Both the position numbers and the translations under genes were made by a program. From Candidatus Poseidoniaceae archaeon (lineage in GTDB: Archaea > Thermoplasmatota > Poseidoniia > Poseidoniales > Poseidoniaceae): 64,000 bases of DNA. The DNA is taken from positions 24,736 to 88,735 of the forward strand of contig CASIAW010000007.1 in NCBI GenBank assembly GCA_949372875.1. The letters are read 5' to 3'. This document shows positions 9,880 to 21,800 of the stretch, piece by piece. Every line of letters starts with the position of its first letter. The stretch's first letter is position 1. The notes beneath the pieces were generated by a model that did no database searches, was not told the DNA's origin, and saw only the letters and a list, made by a program, of their open reading frames with translations.

Positions 9880-11985
9880 ATGCCCGAAGTGAAGAGCGAT
9901 TCTGACGGCGAAATTGACCATGAGACAAAGTCTCATAACAAGGTCACAAAAGAGTTGCTTGAAATTCGAAATCGTCGAACTGGTGATGTGAAGCAAAACT
10001 TCCTGGTCCAAAAAGAAAACTTTGTTTTGGCTGGTGGAATCGTCTACACGGTCTTGTACGTATTACTCATATTTGGAATGACATCGGGGACTTTTGGAAA
10101 TTCAACATCAATTGACCACTCCGCATCAAAAACATTCCTCGACATTGGAGGAGAATGTGAGGAGATTACAGATGAGCCATGGATCCTCATATTCCCGAAC
10201 GATGATGCTCGAAAGTTTTCGATGTATGGCTACAACCTCCCGTCCGGCTATGCACTTGGAGAATATACCATTGAGCATCATGATGATGCAGGTGATGTGT
10301 TAGAATCATGGAAGAACTCATCGACTAAATTCATCAACCCAGAGGGCGAAACCGATGCTGGAAGAATGTATTATTCAGCCCCATTTGGAGAACTTGAAGA
10401 GGGCCATTACAGCCTCAATTACACAATTTCGGTATACAACCAAACAAACCTTTCAGGTGCACAAACTGTTGAAGGTGGAGAAGAAATTTACAAAAAGGTT
10501 GAATTTGAACTGGACATCTCCAAGCAAACATTTGCTTTCTTACCGTTTGTCGACTCAGAGAAAAAGCATCAGGTTCGATTGACTGATACAGGCGCTCGCT
10601 CTTGCTGGGGCATTCAAGACCTCGGGAACTGGGGATATGTACTCATTGGAGCAGAATTAGGTGGCGGAAGAGAAACCGCCATGCTAGCTGGTGGCGCTGC
10701 GGGTATTCCTGCTTGGTGGATGGCTTTCTCATCGCTCTCGCTTTCTGCAATTACATTACTGATTATTTATCCATTGATGTATAAGGTATATCACCAAGAC
10801 AGTGATGACATCCTCTCAAGATTACACATTGCACGCCTGGTAGAGGACTCGATTAATAAAACGGCGAAACGATTGAACATTGAGATCGACTGGGAATTGT
10901 ATAAACTCGAACCGAGGGACTTATCAATTGACATAATGGTACCATACAAAAATACTGAATCCACACTTTCTGATAGTAAGGATGTGCGTGCGGAAGTGCT
11001 GCGTGAAGTGCTTGAAGAGTTCGCAATTTTCCATGTATTCAAACCTGTCCAACTCACCGTTCGTACCATCGGCATAAATCAAGGAATTGATTTTGAGTCA
11101 GGCGTCGGAATTGGAACATCGAATGAAGTCGAAGAAGATGAAGAGCAAAATTATTCAGACTTCTTTTCAGAACTACATACTCTTTCCCGTGTTGAGGAAG
11201 AAGTTCGGGAAAGTTTGGAATTATTCTTTGCTCGACGAAATAACTTGAAAATGGAAGCTGCTGTTGTAACGAGTGATGATCGAATCATCTTCGTTTCAGT
11301 GATTTATCGACCTACGCAACGCTTTGCTTTCTTTAGATTCAAGAAAACTCGTGACGAAGTTCAAACAGAACTTCACCACTTTATCTCAAAGCGAAATGCG
11401 GACTTGCTTGGTTCTCAAGAATTGATTGTAAAGGGACGTAACCAAGTCTCCACATTATCAGAACGGTCAGGCGCAGGACGTGTTGAGCGAGATCTAAAGA
11501 ACGATGAGCGAATTGTGGCTGTCGCAAAGCAGGATGGTTTTGGTGGTAAAATGTTGCAAACAAAACTCCTCGGAGATACGCTTTCAACCGTCGAATACAT
11601 GGCAAACGAAAAGCGAGAAATGATCAACAAGTGGGGATTCTGGGGACTGATTGTATTCGTTTGGATTCCGTTCATGGCATCCGGAGTATTAGTCGGTGCA
11701 ATGCTTGGCTTGCTTTCTCGAATGAATTTCATGCGTGTTTTAACCGCTACAGCCATCGGTGGAAGTATAGCTTCAATCACTTGGGCCTATACTGCTGAAG
11801 GTATCGTGAAGTTCATGCACCAATACAAACTTGAAGCGGTGATTCCATTGATTATTATCGTCTTTGTAGGCGCTGCATTCCTTCACATACGCTCGACCAA
11901 GATGCGCCGTCAAACTGAATTGTTTGAAGACACACTGCTTGACAACTTCCATGCAAACATCCAAGCCAAATACGGCTCTGAGTGA
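9880..11985 (+). CDS. Multi-domain membrane protein with C-terminal small multi-drug export-like domain
   Basis: TM, extracellular domain, TM, soluble region, then GLIVFVWIPFMASGVLVGAMLG and further TMs. ATG 9880 preferred over GTG 9856. Confidence 0.65.
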   Translation: MPEVKSDSDGEIDHETKSHNKVTKELLEIRNRRTGDVKQNFLVQKENFVLAGGIVYTVLYVLLIFGMTSGTFGNSTSIDHSASKTFLDIGGECEEITDEPWILIFPNDDARKFSMYGYNLPSGYALGEYTIEHHDDAGDVLESWKNSSTKFINPEGETDAGRMYYSAPFGELEEGHYSLNYTISVYNQTNLSGAQTVEGGEEIYKKVEFELDISKQTFAFLPFVDSEKKHQVRLTDTGARSCWGIQDLGNWGYVLIGAELGGGRETAMLAGGAAGIPAWWMAFSSLSLSAITLLIIYPLMYKVYHQDSDDILSRLHIARLVEDSINKTAKRLNIEIDWELYKLEPRDLSIDIMVPYKNTESTLSDSKDVRAEVLREVLEEFAIFHVFKPVQLTVRTIGINQGIDFESGVGIGTSNEVEEDEEQNYSDFFSELHTLSRVEEEVRESLELFFARRNNLKMEAAVVTSDDRIIFVSVIYRPTQRFAFFRFKKTRDEVQTELHHFISKRNADLLGSQELIVKGRNQVSTLSERSGAGRVERDLKNDERIVAVAKQDGFGGKMLQTKLLGDTLSTVEYMANEKREMINKWGFWGLIVFVWIPFMASGVLVGAMLGLLSRMNFMRVLTATAIGGSIASITWAYTAEGIVKFMHQYKLEAVIPLIIIVFVGAAFLHIRSTKMRRQTELFEDTLLDNFHANIQAKYGSE

Positions 11986-11998
11986 TGGAGTTGAACAA

Positions 11999-12583
11999 AT
12001 GGATTCCATCCACAGTTTACTCGGAAAGCCAAATCATTGTGGCGAACATGCTATTCTTGGTATTGTGACCGTGAGTGACAGAGCCAGTTCTGGCACCTAT
12101 CAAGATGAAGGTGGACCTGCTGTCCTAACCTTTTTTGAAGAGGGGTTGGCAAGCCCTTCAACCGTTCATTACCGATGTGTTGCTGATGAACAATCACTCA
12201 TCGAAGAAGCGCTGCTTGAACTGAGTGACGACATTGGATGCCATGTTATTGTCACAACGGGTGGCACTGGACCAGCAGCAAGAGATGTTACGCCAGAGGC
12301 TACTGAAAAAGTGTGTGAGAAAATCCTCCCTGGTTTTGGTGAACAAATGCGAGCGATCTCTTTGAAATTTGTACCTACTGCAATTCTCTCACGACAAGTC
12401 GGCGGAATAAGAGGTTCATGCCTCCTGTTTAATCTCCCAGGAAGGCCAAAATCAATCCGAGAAACCATTGATGAAATTTGGAAAGCAGTGCCATATTGCG
12501 TCGACCTTATTGGAGGTCCCTACATTGATACTGACGACCAAGTTTGCGATGCATTTCGACCGAAGTCAGCACGCCGTCGCTAA
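11999..12583 (+). CDS. mog: Molybdopterin adenylyltransferase
   Basis: TVSDRAS.G.Y.D, TTGGTG...RDVTPEAT, PGFGEQMR, AILSRQ, NLPG.PKSI. Confidence 0.92.
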   Translation: MDSIHSLLGKPNHCGEHAILGIVTVSDRASSGTYQDEGGPAVLTFFEEGLASPSTVHYRCVADEQSLIEEALLELSDDIGCHVIVTTGGTGPAARDVTPEATEKVCEKILPGFGEQMRAISLKFVPTAILSRQVGGIRGSCLLFNLPGRPKSIRETIDEIWKAVPYCVDLIGGPYIDTDDQVCDAFRPKSARRR

Positions 12584-12629
12584 GTGTTGAATGGCATAGT
12601 TCATTGAGTAGATGCTCTCAAACCCGCCC

Positions 12630-14051
12630 ATGGAGACCCCTCAAAACCCCGGTAACATGCTCATCATCGGGGCAACCGTAGTCTTGCCTGATTCAACCCG
12701 CCTCGCTGATGTTCGAGTATCAAACGGAATCATCGATACAATCTCGAATCCAAATGAACTGAATCCTCTGGATGATGAACTTCTTATCGATGGTTCAGGC
12801 TTACACCTTCTTCCCGGAATAATAGACCCACAAGTCCATTTCCGTGACCCTGGCCAGCCTGAAAAGGAAGATTTGGAAAGTGGTTCTGCTGCTGCAGTAA
12901 GTGGTGGCGTGACCTCCTTCCTCGATATGCCAAATAACAAACCTTCAATCACCAATATGGAAGGTATGCAGATGAAACTCGACACCGCTGCGGCAAAGTG
13001 CGTCAATAACTACGGATTCTTTATCGGAGCGACTCCAGAAAATGTTGAGGATTTGCAAGAAGCAGTTGGGACTCCAGATGCGCCTCTTGCTGTTCCAGGA
13101 ATTTGTGGAATTAAGATTTTTATGGGCTCTTCAACCGGTACATTACTGGTCAATGAAAGGGATGCTTTGGAGAACATTTTCTCAAAGACTGCTGGACTTA
13201 TCGCAGTTCACGCGGAAGATGAAAAGCGATTGGTTTCCAGATATCCCGACTATGAGAATCGTACCGACATTGCGGCTCACGCAGAATGGCGGGACGACAT
13301 TACAGCCTTGCTCGCAACTCAACTAGCTGTGGAGCTAGCACAGATGTATAACCATCGATTGCACGTATTACACTTGACCTCGGGACTTGAAGCAGACTGG
13401 TTGAATGGAATCACTTCACTCCCATCACAAGCTGGAGAGGGTGCTATCATCACCACTGAGACACTCCCACAGCACCTCACGCTAACAGATGTCGATGTTG
13501 CAGAACAGGGAACTCGGCTACAAATGAATCCACCTATACGATATCAAGAAGACAAGGATATTTTGTGGAGACGGTTGATTGACGGCACCATTCAATGCAT
13601 GGCTACAGACCATGCACCGCACCCTCTGGAAGCAAAAGCCCTCGGATTCCCAAAAGCACCGAGTGGAATGCCGGGTGTTGAGACCTCACTTGCAGTAATG
13701 CTTACTCATGCCAAATCAGGCCGATGCTCCATCGAACAAGTGGCACAATGGATGTCAACCAATGTAGCGGATTGTTTCAATATGATCGGCAAAGGCCGTA
13801 TTGAAGTCGGACTCGATGCTGACTTGGTTCTCGTTGATATGGAAACAGTTCAACAAGTGAAAGATGAGAATACCTGGGCTCGTGTCGGATGGAACCCGTT
13901 CAATGGCCATGATTTAGTGGGTTGGGCAAAGGTGACAATTGTTGCAGGTGTCCCCGTGTTTGAGAGAACAGAAGCAACTGGACCAAAAGGCCGTATTCTG
14001 GTCGAAAAAGGCAGTTGTGGGACTCCAATTCTCATGGCACCTTGGAAATAG
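12630..14051 (+). CDS. pyrC: Dihydroorotase (amidohydrolase family)
   Basis: DPQVHFRDPG, GGVT...DMPN, HAED, MNPPIR, ATDHAPH, GMPGVET. Confidence 0.85.
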   Translation: METPQNPGNMLIIGATVVLPDSTRLADVRVSNGIIDTISNPNELNPLDDELLIDGSGLHLLPGIIDPQVHFRDPGQPEKEDLESGSAAAVSGGVTSFLDMPNNKPSITNMEGMQMKLDTAAAKCVNNYGFFIGATPENVEDLQEAVGTPDAPLAVPGICGIKIFMGSSTGTLLVNERDALENIFSKTAGLIAVHAEDEKRLVSRYPDYENRTDIAAHAEWRDDITALLATQLAVELAQMYNHRLHVLHLTSGLEADWLNGITSLPSQAGEGAIITTETLPQHLTLTDVDVAEQGTRLQMNPPIRYQEDKDILWRRLIDGTIQCMATDHAPHPLEAKALGFPKAPSGMPGVETSLAVMLTHAKSGRCSIEQVAQWMSTNVADCFNMIGKGRIEVGLDADLVLVDMETVQQVKDENTWARVGWNPFNGHDLVGWAKVTIVAGVPVFERTEATGPKGRILVEKGSCGTPILMAPWK

Positions 14052-14130
14052 GTGCCCATTTTTGCTTTTTTTAGCGCATTTTGAGATAGTATTATACACT
14101 CAACCTCATATTCACCGTTAGGGATACTAC

Positions 14131-14418
14131 ATGAGTTGGCTTGAAGAAAATATTGGAGAAGGATATCAGCAAGTGGTTGTCGGTTTTACCGTTTTTATAA
14201 TCGGCGCATTGCTTGGTTGGATGGAAGCAGCAAATGGACAAATGACGGCTGCTGAAGTGTATATGCCAGCAGTCATCATGCTATCTGGCGCCATGGTTAC
14301 CATGCTCGGATTGTCTTTTGGAACTGAAAGTGAAGAAGACAGAACTGATGATTTGATGAATGCAATCAACGACCTTACCGCTCGCATGAACAGGATGTTG
14401 GGCCAAGAAGAAGAGTGA
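14131..14418 (+). CDS. Small two-TM membrane protein
   Basis: 95 aa, two hydrophobic helices and an acidic helical tail; stop abuts the convergent gene. Confidence 0.75.
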   Translation: MSWLEENIGEGYQQVVVGFTVFIIGALLGWMEAANGQMTAAEVYMPAVIMLSGAMVTMLGLSFGTESEEDRTDDLMNAINDLTARMNRMLGQEEE

Positions 14419-15927
14419 TTACAACCCGTACAAGGAGCCATACTTTTCTTCGACATACCGAAGGAATGGTTCCGGAGATGGAGGAGATCCTGTTGCAAAC
14501 TCAATGAGTTCTGCGGGAGTCATCTTACTGCCTTGTTCGTGTATTCGTGGTCGTAACCATTGAAGGAGGCTTGACCAATCGCCAGATGTGATAATCGCAT
14601 CAATATCCCCGAGTTCATCAGCCATTGATTCAAGCAATTGAGCTGCGTAAAGATTCCCTAACGTATACGTTGGGAAATAACCAAAAGCACCCATGGACCA
14701 ATGGATGTCTTGTAAACATCCAACTCGGTCTTCGGGAACCTTCACTCCAAACCACTCTTCAAACATCATGTTCCAAGTTTCAGGTAATTGAGCGATAGGT
14801 AGGTCTTCATTGAAAATTTTCTTTTCGATTTCATAGCGTAGCATTACATGTAAGTTGTAAGTGACTTCATCGGCTTCGACCCGAATGAATCCTTTAGAAA
14901 CAGTATTTGCTATGCGGTTCAGTGTCGCAGGATCCCAATCTGGTGCATCTGGGAAATGTTCTCGGAACCAAGGTAGAGCAACGCTCCAAAACGCTGAGGT
15001 TCTTCCGATTTGATTTTCCCAAAAGCGACTTTGAGATTCATGGACACCAAGCGAAACAGCAGCACCTCGAGGCGTCAATGAATCCGCCTTGGAAAGGCCC
15101 TGTTCATACAAGGCATGGCCTGTTTCATGCATGACTGCATACAAGCATGAGAACGGATCTAGTTCATCAAAACGTGTTGTAAATCGAGTGTCTCCTGGCC
15201 ATAAACCTGCGGAAAAAGGATGTGTTGAAGCATCCATCCTTCCTGCTTCAAAGTCAAAACCCATCGCTTTAGAAACGCTGGTGCAAAAGTCGGTTTGTGC
15301 ATCAATCGAAAAGCGAAGCCCTTCGGGAAGAACAGGGTCTGGGTTTGATTCTTGTGCTGTCGTAATTTTCTGCAGTAAAGGGACAAGGCGAGCGCGTAAG
15401 CCCTCGAAAAGAGGATCGTAATCGGTTACTTTCATGCCAACTTCATACTCATCAAGCAAGACATCGTATGGATTATCTTCACCTCCATAATACGCAATCT
15501 TCTCTTTCGTCATTGAAATGAGCGATTCCAACTGTGGTTGAAAGGCTTGAAAATCAGAAGCCTGTCTCGCTTTTTGCCAAGACAAAAGAGCTTCTGACTT
15601 GGCCTTTGCAAACGCAGCAACAAATGCTGAAGGGAGTTTTATCGCTTTATCGTAAGATCTCCGCATTTCCCGGACATTGGCTTGTTGGTCTTCAGTTAAC
15701 GAATCTTCTTGCTCGAGAGCGTCTAACATTTGACCCATCTGAGGATCAATAAGCCGGTCGTGACGTTCTGCTGCAAGCCATGAGAGAATATCAGAACGCG
15801 CATCCGAACCCTTAGCAGGCATAATCGTCTCTTGGTCCCAGCCTAAGTGACCCTGTAACGCTCCGAGGCGATGTATGTCTTTGACTCGTTCAATAAACAC
15901 TGAATATGCTTGCATCAATCCGTCCAT
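14419..15927 (-). CDS. Carboxypeptidase M32 (Taq family)
   Basis: HPF, HETGH (HExxH), HESQS, IRVEADE, QDIHW, GYFPTYTLG. Confidence 0.95.
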   Translation of the reverse strand: MDGLMQAYSVFIERVKDIHRLGALQGHLGWDQETIMPAKGSDARSDILSWLAAERHDRLIDPQMGQMLDALEQEDSLTEDQQANVREMRRSYDKAIKLPSAFVAAFAKAKSEALLSWQKARQASDFQAFQPQLESLISMTKEKIAYYGGEDNPYDVLLDEYEVGMKVTDYDPLFEGLRARLVPLLQKITTAQESNPDPVLPEGLRFSIDAQTDFCTSVSKAMGFDFEAGRMDASTHPFSAGLWPGDTRFTTRFDELDPFSCLYAVMHETGHALYEQGLSKADSLTPRGAAVSLGVHESQSRFWENQIGRTSAFWSVALPWFREHFPDAPDWDPATLNRIANTVSKGFIRVEADEVTYNLHVMLRYEIEKKIFNEDLPIAQLPETWNMMFEEWFGVKVPEDRVGCLQDIHWSMGAFGYFPTYTLGNLYAAQLLESMADELGDIDAIITSGDWSSLLQWLRPRIHEQGSKMTPAELIEFATGSPPSPEPFLRYVEEKYGSLYGL

Positions 15928-16033
15928 GACACCCACCGTCAAGAACACTTGTACTCATCAGTTTCAAAATTAAGTGTAAAATGTTTGAAAAATACTGCCA
16001 CACATTGAAGATGCAAGCCCTCCTCGGTTTACT

Positions 16034-17206
16034 ATGGTGCGACCTTTTTCTCGTAAAGTGAAAAACATTCCACCTGTTGACTCCCAAGATGAAGAATTGG
16101 AAGAAGTCATTGATGAAGTGAAGGAGATTGGTGAAGAACCAGTCGATATGATGGGTCAGCCCAATGACGTCGCAGAAAGCGAGGATGTTCCATTCGAAGA
16201 ACTTTCTATAGAAGAAGTTGCTAAGCATTTGAAAATTAGTGCAGAAACTGTAATAAAAACATGTATGGACGTTCGAAGAGGAGAGAATGTCCTCATCGTT
16301 TGTGACCCTACCACCGGGGATATCGGACAAGCATTGCATGAAGCCGCAAACGAACGTTCAGACAATGTATTACTGATTGTAATGCCCAAAGCCCGGCATC
16401 ATGGTGAAGAACCACCTACTCCAGTATCGAATCTCATGCGACGGCAGCAAGTTGTAATCGCTCCTACTCGATACTCATTGACCCACACGCGTGCAATACG
16501 CCAATCACTACGAGAAGGGGCTCGCGTCGCAACAATGCCTGGAATGACGAACGAAATGTTCAGTCGAGGTGGCATGTCTGCGGACTTCTCACTCATCAAG
16601 CAGAAAATCAGTGATTTAGGACCTTACTTCCGTCGGAGAAGGATTGCCAAAGTAACTTCTGAACAAGGCACGGATGTTACTTTTGAAGTGAATTGGAGGG
16701 AATGGAAATTAGATGACAATGGTATTTGTAATCGTCCTAAAATGCTCACGAACCTTCCTGCAGGAAAAGCGTTTATCATGCCAAGAGAGGGTTCCATGAA
16801 CGGAACGGTCGTTATTGATGGTTCTTGGGAGTCAAATCTCGTTGACGAACCAATTTCACTGATTATTGAAAATGGGATGGTCATGGATGTTAAAGGAGGT
16901 ACTATTGCTGCAACGATACGTCAAGAATTCGGCGAGGCTGCAAAGCGACTCAAAACCAAAGAGAGAGAGAATGTCTGGACAATGGCCGAATTTGGTTTTG
17001 GCATGAACCCGCAGGCTCGACTTTTTGGAAACGTTCTTGAGGATGAAAAACGCCTTGGAACATGCTACTTTTCTGTAGGAGATAACACTGCCTTGGGCGG
17101 AACATCCGCAGTTGGAATTCACATTCCTGGAGTTCTCAAAAACGCTAGTGTTTGGCTTGATGATACACAACTTATCTCAAACGGCGAATTCACCCTTTGG
17201 GATTAA
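16034..17206 (+). CDS. Aminopeptidase (M29 / thermophilic metalloprotease-like)
   Basis: HGEEPP, SLTHT, NLPAG, AEFGFGMNP, LEDEK..GT, GDN. Confidence 0.8.
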   Translation: MVRPFSRKVKNIPPVDSQDEELEEVIDEVKEIGEEPVDMMGQPNDVAESEDVPFEELSIEEVAKHLKISAETVIKTCMDVRRGENVLIVCDPTTGDIGQALHEAANERSDNVLLIVMPKARHHGEEPPTPVSNLMRRQQVVIAPTRYSLTHTRAIRQSLREGARVATMPGMTNEMFSRGGMSADFSLIKQKISDLGPYFRRRRIAKVTSEQGTDVTFEVNWREWKLDDNGICNRPKMLTNLPAGKAFIMPREGSMNGTVVIDGSWESNLVDEPISLIIENGMVMDVKGGTIAATIRQEFGEAAKRLKTKERENVWTMAEFGFGMNPQARLFGNVLEDEKRLGTCYFSVGDNTALGGTSAVGIHIPGVLKNASVWLDDTQLISNGEFTLWD

Positions 17207-18778
<1,572 letters not shown>

Positions 18779-18867
18779 CTTCTATCCCCCCTTTTTTGTA
18801 GCCAAATGAATCCCGTTCTTGAGTATGATGTTGTAAATCGTTCCCTGCTGCCATACCCATGTGCTCT

Positions 18868-21800
18868 CTAACGGCTTCGACCCATATTGAAGATGGCTCT
18901 GGATTGAGGGGCGGTCCAACCAGTTTCTTGTAACTGCATCATGATTGAACGTTCTTCCTCTCCGTCATCAAGTGAACTTCGAACCCAATCCGCTGCGGAT
19001 TCACGGTCCTCTGTTTGCCAGTCTTCAAAGAGCGACAAATCAATTTTGAACGTCGCCTTTCGCACCTTAGCACCGCTCTCTTCTTCCTCTTTTGGTTCGG
19101 ACGGTGAATCAAAAGACGGGCGAGTTGAAACTCGGCCCCGAGGAGAAGGTTTGCTTCGTGGAGGGGTTGCTGCTTGAGGTGGGGGGGAATTAGGTCCTCG
19201 TCCTTGTGGGCCTTTAGGAGGGCTTCGGGACGGTCCAGGGCCGCCTTGAGGGCCCTTTGTCGGTCCTTTAGATGGGCCTCTGGAAGGTCCTGCTTGTGAC
19301 ACTGGAGCCCGCTTTGGCGCAGATTCTTGTGCACTTCGGCTGTTTCTAAAAGGAAGTGAATCGTCATCGTCGTCATCGTCCCAATCATCATCGTCATCGT
19401 CATCATAATCGTAATCATCACCTTGACGGCGAAGAAGAATCACTGCTACGACAAGAAGAACAACCATTCCTGCAACAACCGCAATGATGATTGTGGATGT
19501 CCCCAGCGCTGATGAGGAACCATCGTCGGAACCGGATGATCTTAACGGACAACCATCCGAATATCCATCTTCTCCCTTCGGTTCATTTTTACATTGGTCT
19601 AATTCATCGTTGACACCATCATTATCTGAATCAAGTTGACGAGGCGCACAACCATTTTCATCAACAGAAACTGATAAGGCTCGGTCTGTGCCCGGACACA
19701 AGTCTGGATAAGTCCCGTTTGGATTATCACCGTAGCCGTCGGCATCTTTATCGAACCACTGCGTAGCATTGCCAGCCAGATAAGGGAGTTCAGTAAAATC
19801 TGCATATCCATCCCCATCATCATAACATCCGTAAATATTTTCGCGTGTTGAAGTCCCAAACTCAGTTGGACAATAGTCGGAATAAATCCCATCTGGATTA
19901 TCTCCCCAGCCGTCGCCATCTAAGTCGGACCATTGCGAGCTGTTTGTAGGGAAGGCGTCACCTTGTTGGTCTTCTCGTAGACCACTGGTTTCGTTCAGCG
20001 TGTAGGTATATTCTCCAAGGTATCCATCGCCGTCTAAATCTTGTTCAAAGGCCGTTTCATCGGTACAACCATCTGCAAGAACTGGATATCCGGAAGGTGT
20101 TTCTGGACAAGCATCCACATCATCTTTCACACCATCACTATCCGAATCTCGTTCGGAAGGTGAGCATCCGTTCTCGTCCACTTCTGAACGTTCACTGTAA
20201 AGCGTCTCAGGACAGAGATCAGCAGGTCCACTCACGTTATCCAAATCGTCATCGGTCTCGAGTTGTGCATTACTACAGCCACTCGCATCAACGAGTACAC
20301 CAAACGGTGTCGACGGACAAATATCAAGGTCATTGGTAACACTGTCATCGTCGTCATCCAATTGGTTCTCTCCACATCCTACAGCATTGACGGAGAGACC
20401 TGCATCAGTATCCGGGCAGATATCTTCTGCATTCGGTACGAAATCTCCATCATCATCTGTATCATCAATAAAGCGGCATCCAATACCAGTGCCGCCTTCG
20501 GTAGGACTCGTTCCTTCAAGAACGCCGGCAATTGTTGGACATTCATCTGCTTGATAGCCCGCTGGGTTATCTCCAAAGCCATCGGAATCGAAATCCAGCC
20601 ATTGAGTTGGCTCGAGAGGGAAAGCGTCTTCGGAATTCATCCAACCGTCACCATCTGCATCAGGACATCCTGGGTAAGGACTCGTTGAATTGCCTGTCAC
20701 ACCAGGGCAGGCATCAAGCAGAAGTCCACCGCCATCATTTTCCGTGACGTCATCTGTAATGTCGTAAAACTCAGTCCATCGATCAGGATATCCGTCTGAA
20801 TCGTTGTCTTCTGCAGCCCCTATGTTATCTGGAAAACTATCAGGGTTCGTGGCGAATTGAGAACTGTTATCGCCGTAACCATCTCCGTCTGAATCAGCCC
20901 ACTGCGTGCTGTCAAATGGCCATGCATCTGCTCCATGAGATACATTCCATTCGAGGCCTCCGCTGTTAGAAGGATCTGATGAACCGTCGAGGTCGGAATC
21001 AAGGCAACCGTTTCGGTCTCGCCATGAAGCACCCCAGTCCCATTTGCAATTATCACCATCAACCCAATCAGAAGAGTTGTCTCCCCAACCATCACCGTCT
21101 TGGTCTTTGTATTGTGAAGGGTTGAATGGGAACAAGTCGCCATCTGGCTGGGACGAATCGTATTCAGTGAGGCAGCAATCAGGACCTGAATTATCCCCAT
21201 ATCCATCTCCATCGCTATCCAAAGCAAGTTTCCAATTGAAGATGAAAACATCACCAGAAAGATAGTTGAATTTGTTGTTAGACCAACCGTCTTGGTCGTA
21301 ATCATCGCAACCCATTCGGTCAATCCAAGAGTCCCCAGGGTCGTCATTACAAGCATCATCAACATCTGCATAACCATCATTGTCGTAATCGAGGCACCCG
21401 TAGGTGTAGAGCGAGGAAGGAGCATTGGTTGATGGGCAATAATCTGCTAACGGACCGAGTGTGTTATCTCCATATCCATCTCCGTCACTGTCCGACCATT
21501 GGTTTGCCAGCAGTGGTAGGTCATCGACCAAATCAAAGATGAGGTCTCTATCAGCATCAGGGTATAACCGCAAAACTTCAACGTCCCAAAGAACACTGTC
21601 TTGAATAGCAAGATGGAGGGTCTCGTTGGAATCTGTGTAGAAGCCTACTGAACCCGTAGCGGTTACATCACCGAAGGAGAGGCTGTTCCAGAAATATTCT
21701 GAAGAGGATTGACTCGAAAGAGTGGGTTGAGTGTTCAGACTGTTCCATGTAAGGAGGTTGTTTTGGCCGACGCTTGTCATCAAAACATAGGTGCCACCTT

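Noticed and set aside
9689-9880. tRNA-Phe as an integration site
   Set aside because: No integrase and no duplicated tRNA 3' end seen in the window.
11999-12583. Linking mog to the ThiF/JAB genes as a Moco pathway
   Set aside because: They are 37 kb apart, the E1 lacks MoeB zinc motifs, and no moaD/moaE is visible; not supportable here.
15927-15941. TGACACCC-ACC-GTCA resembling the palindromic operator
   Set aside because: Only one half-site matches and the spacing is wrong; probably chance.
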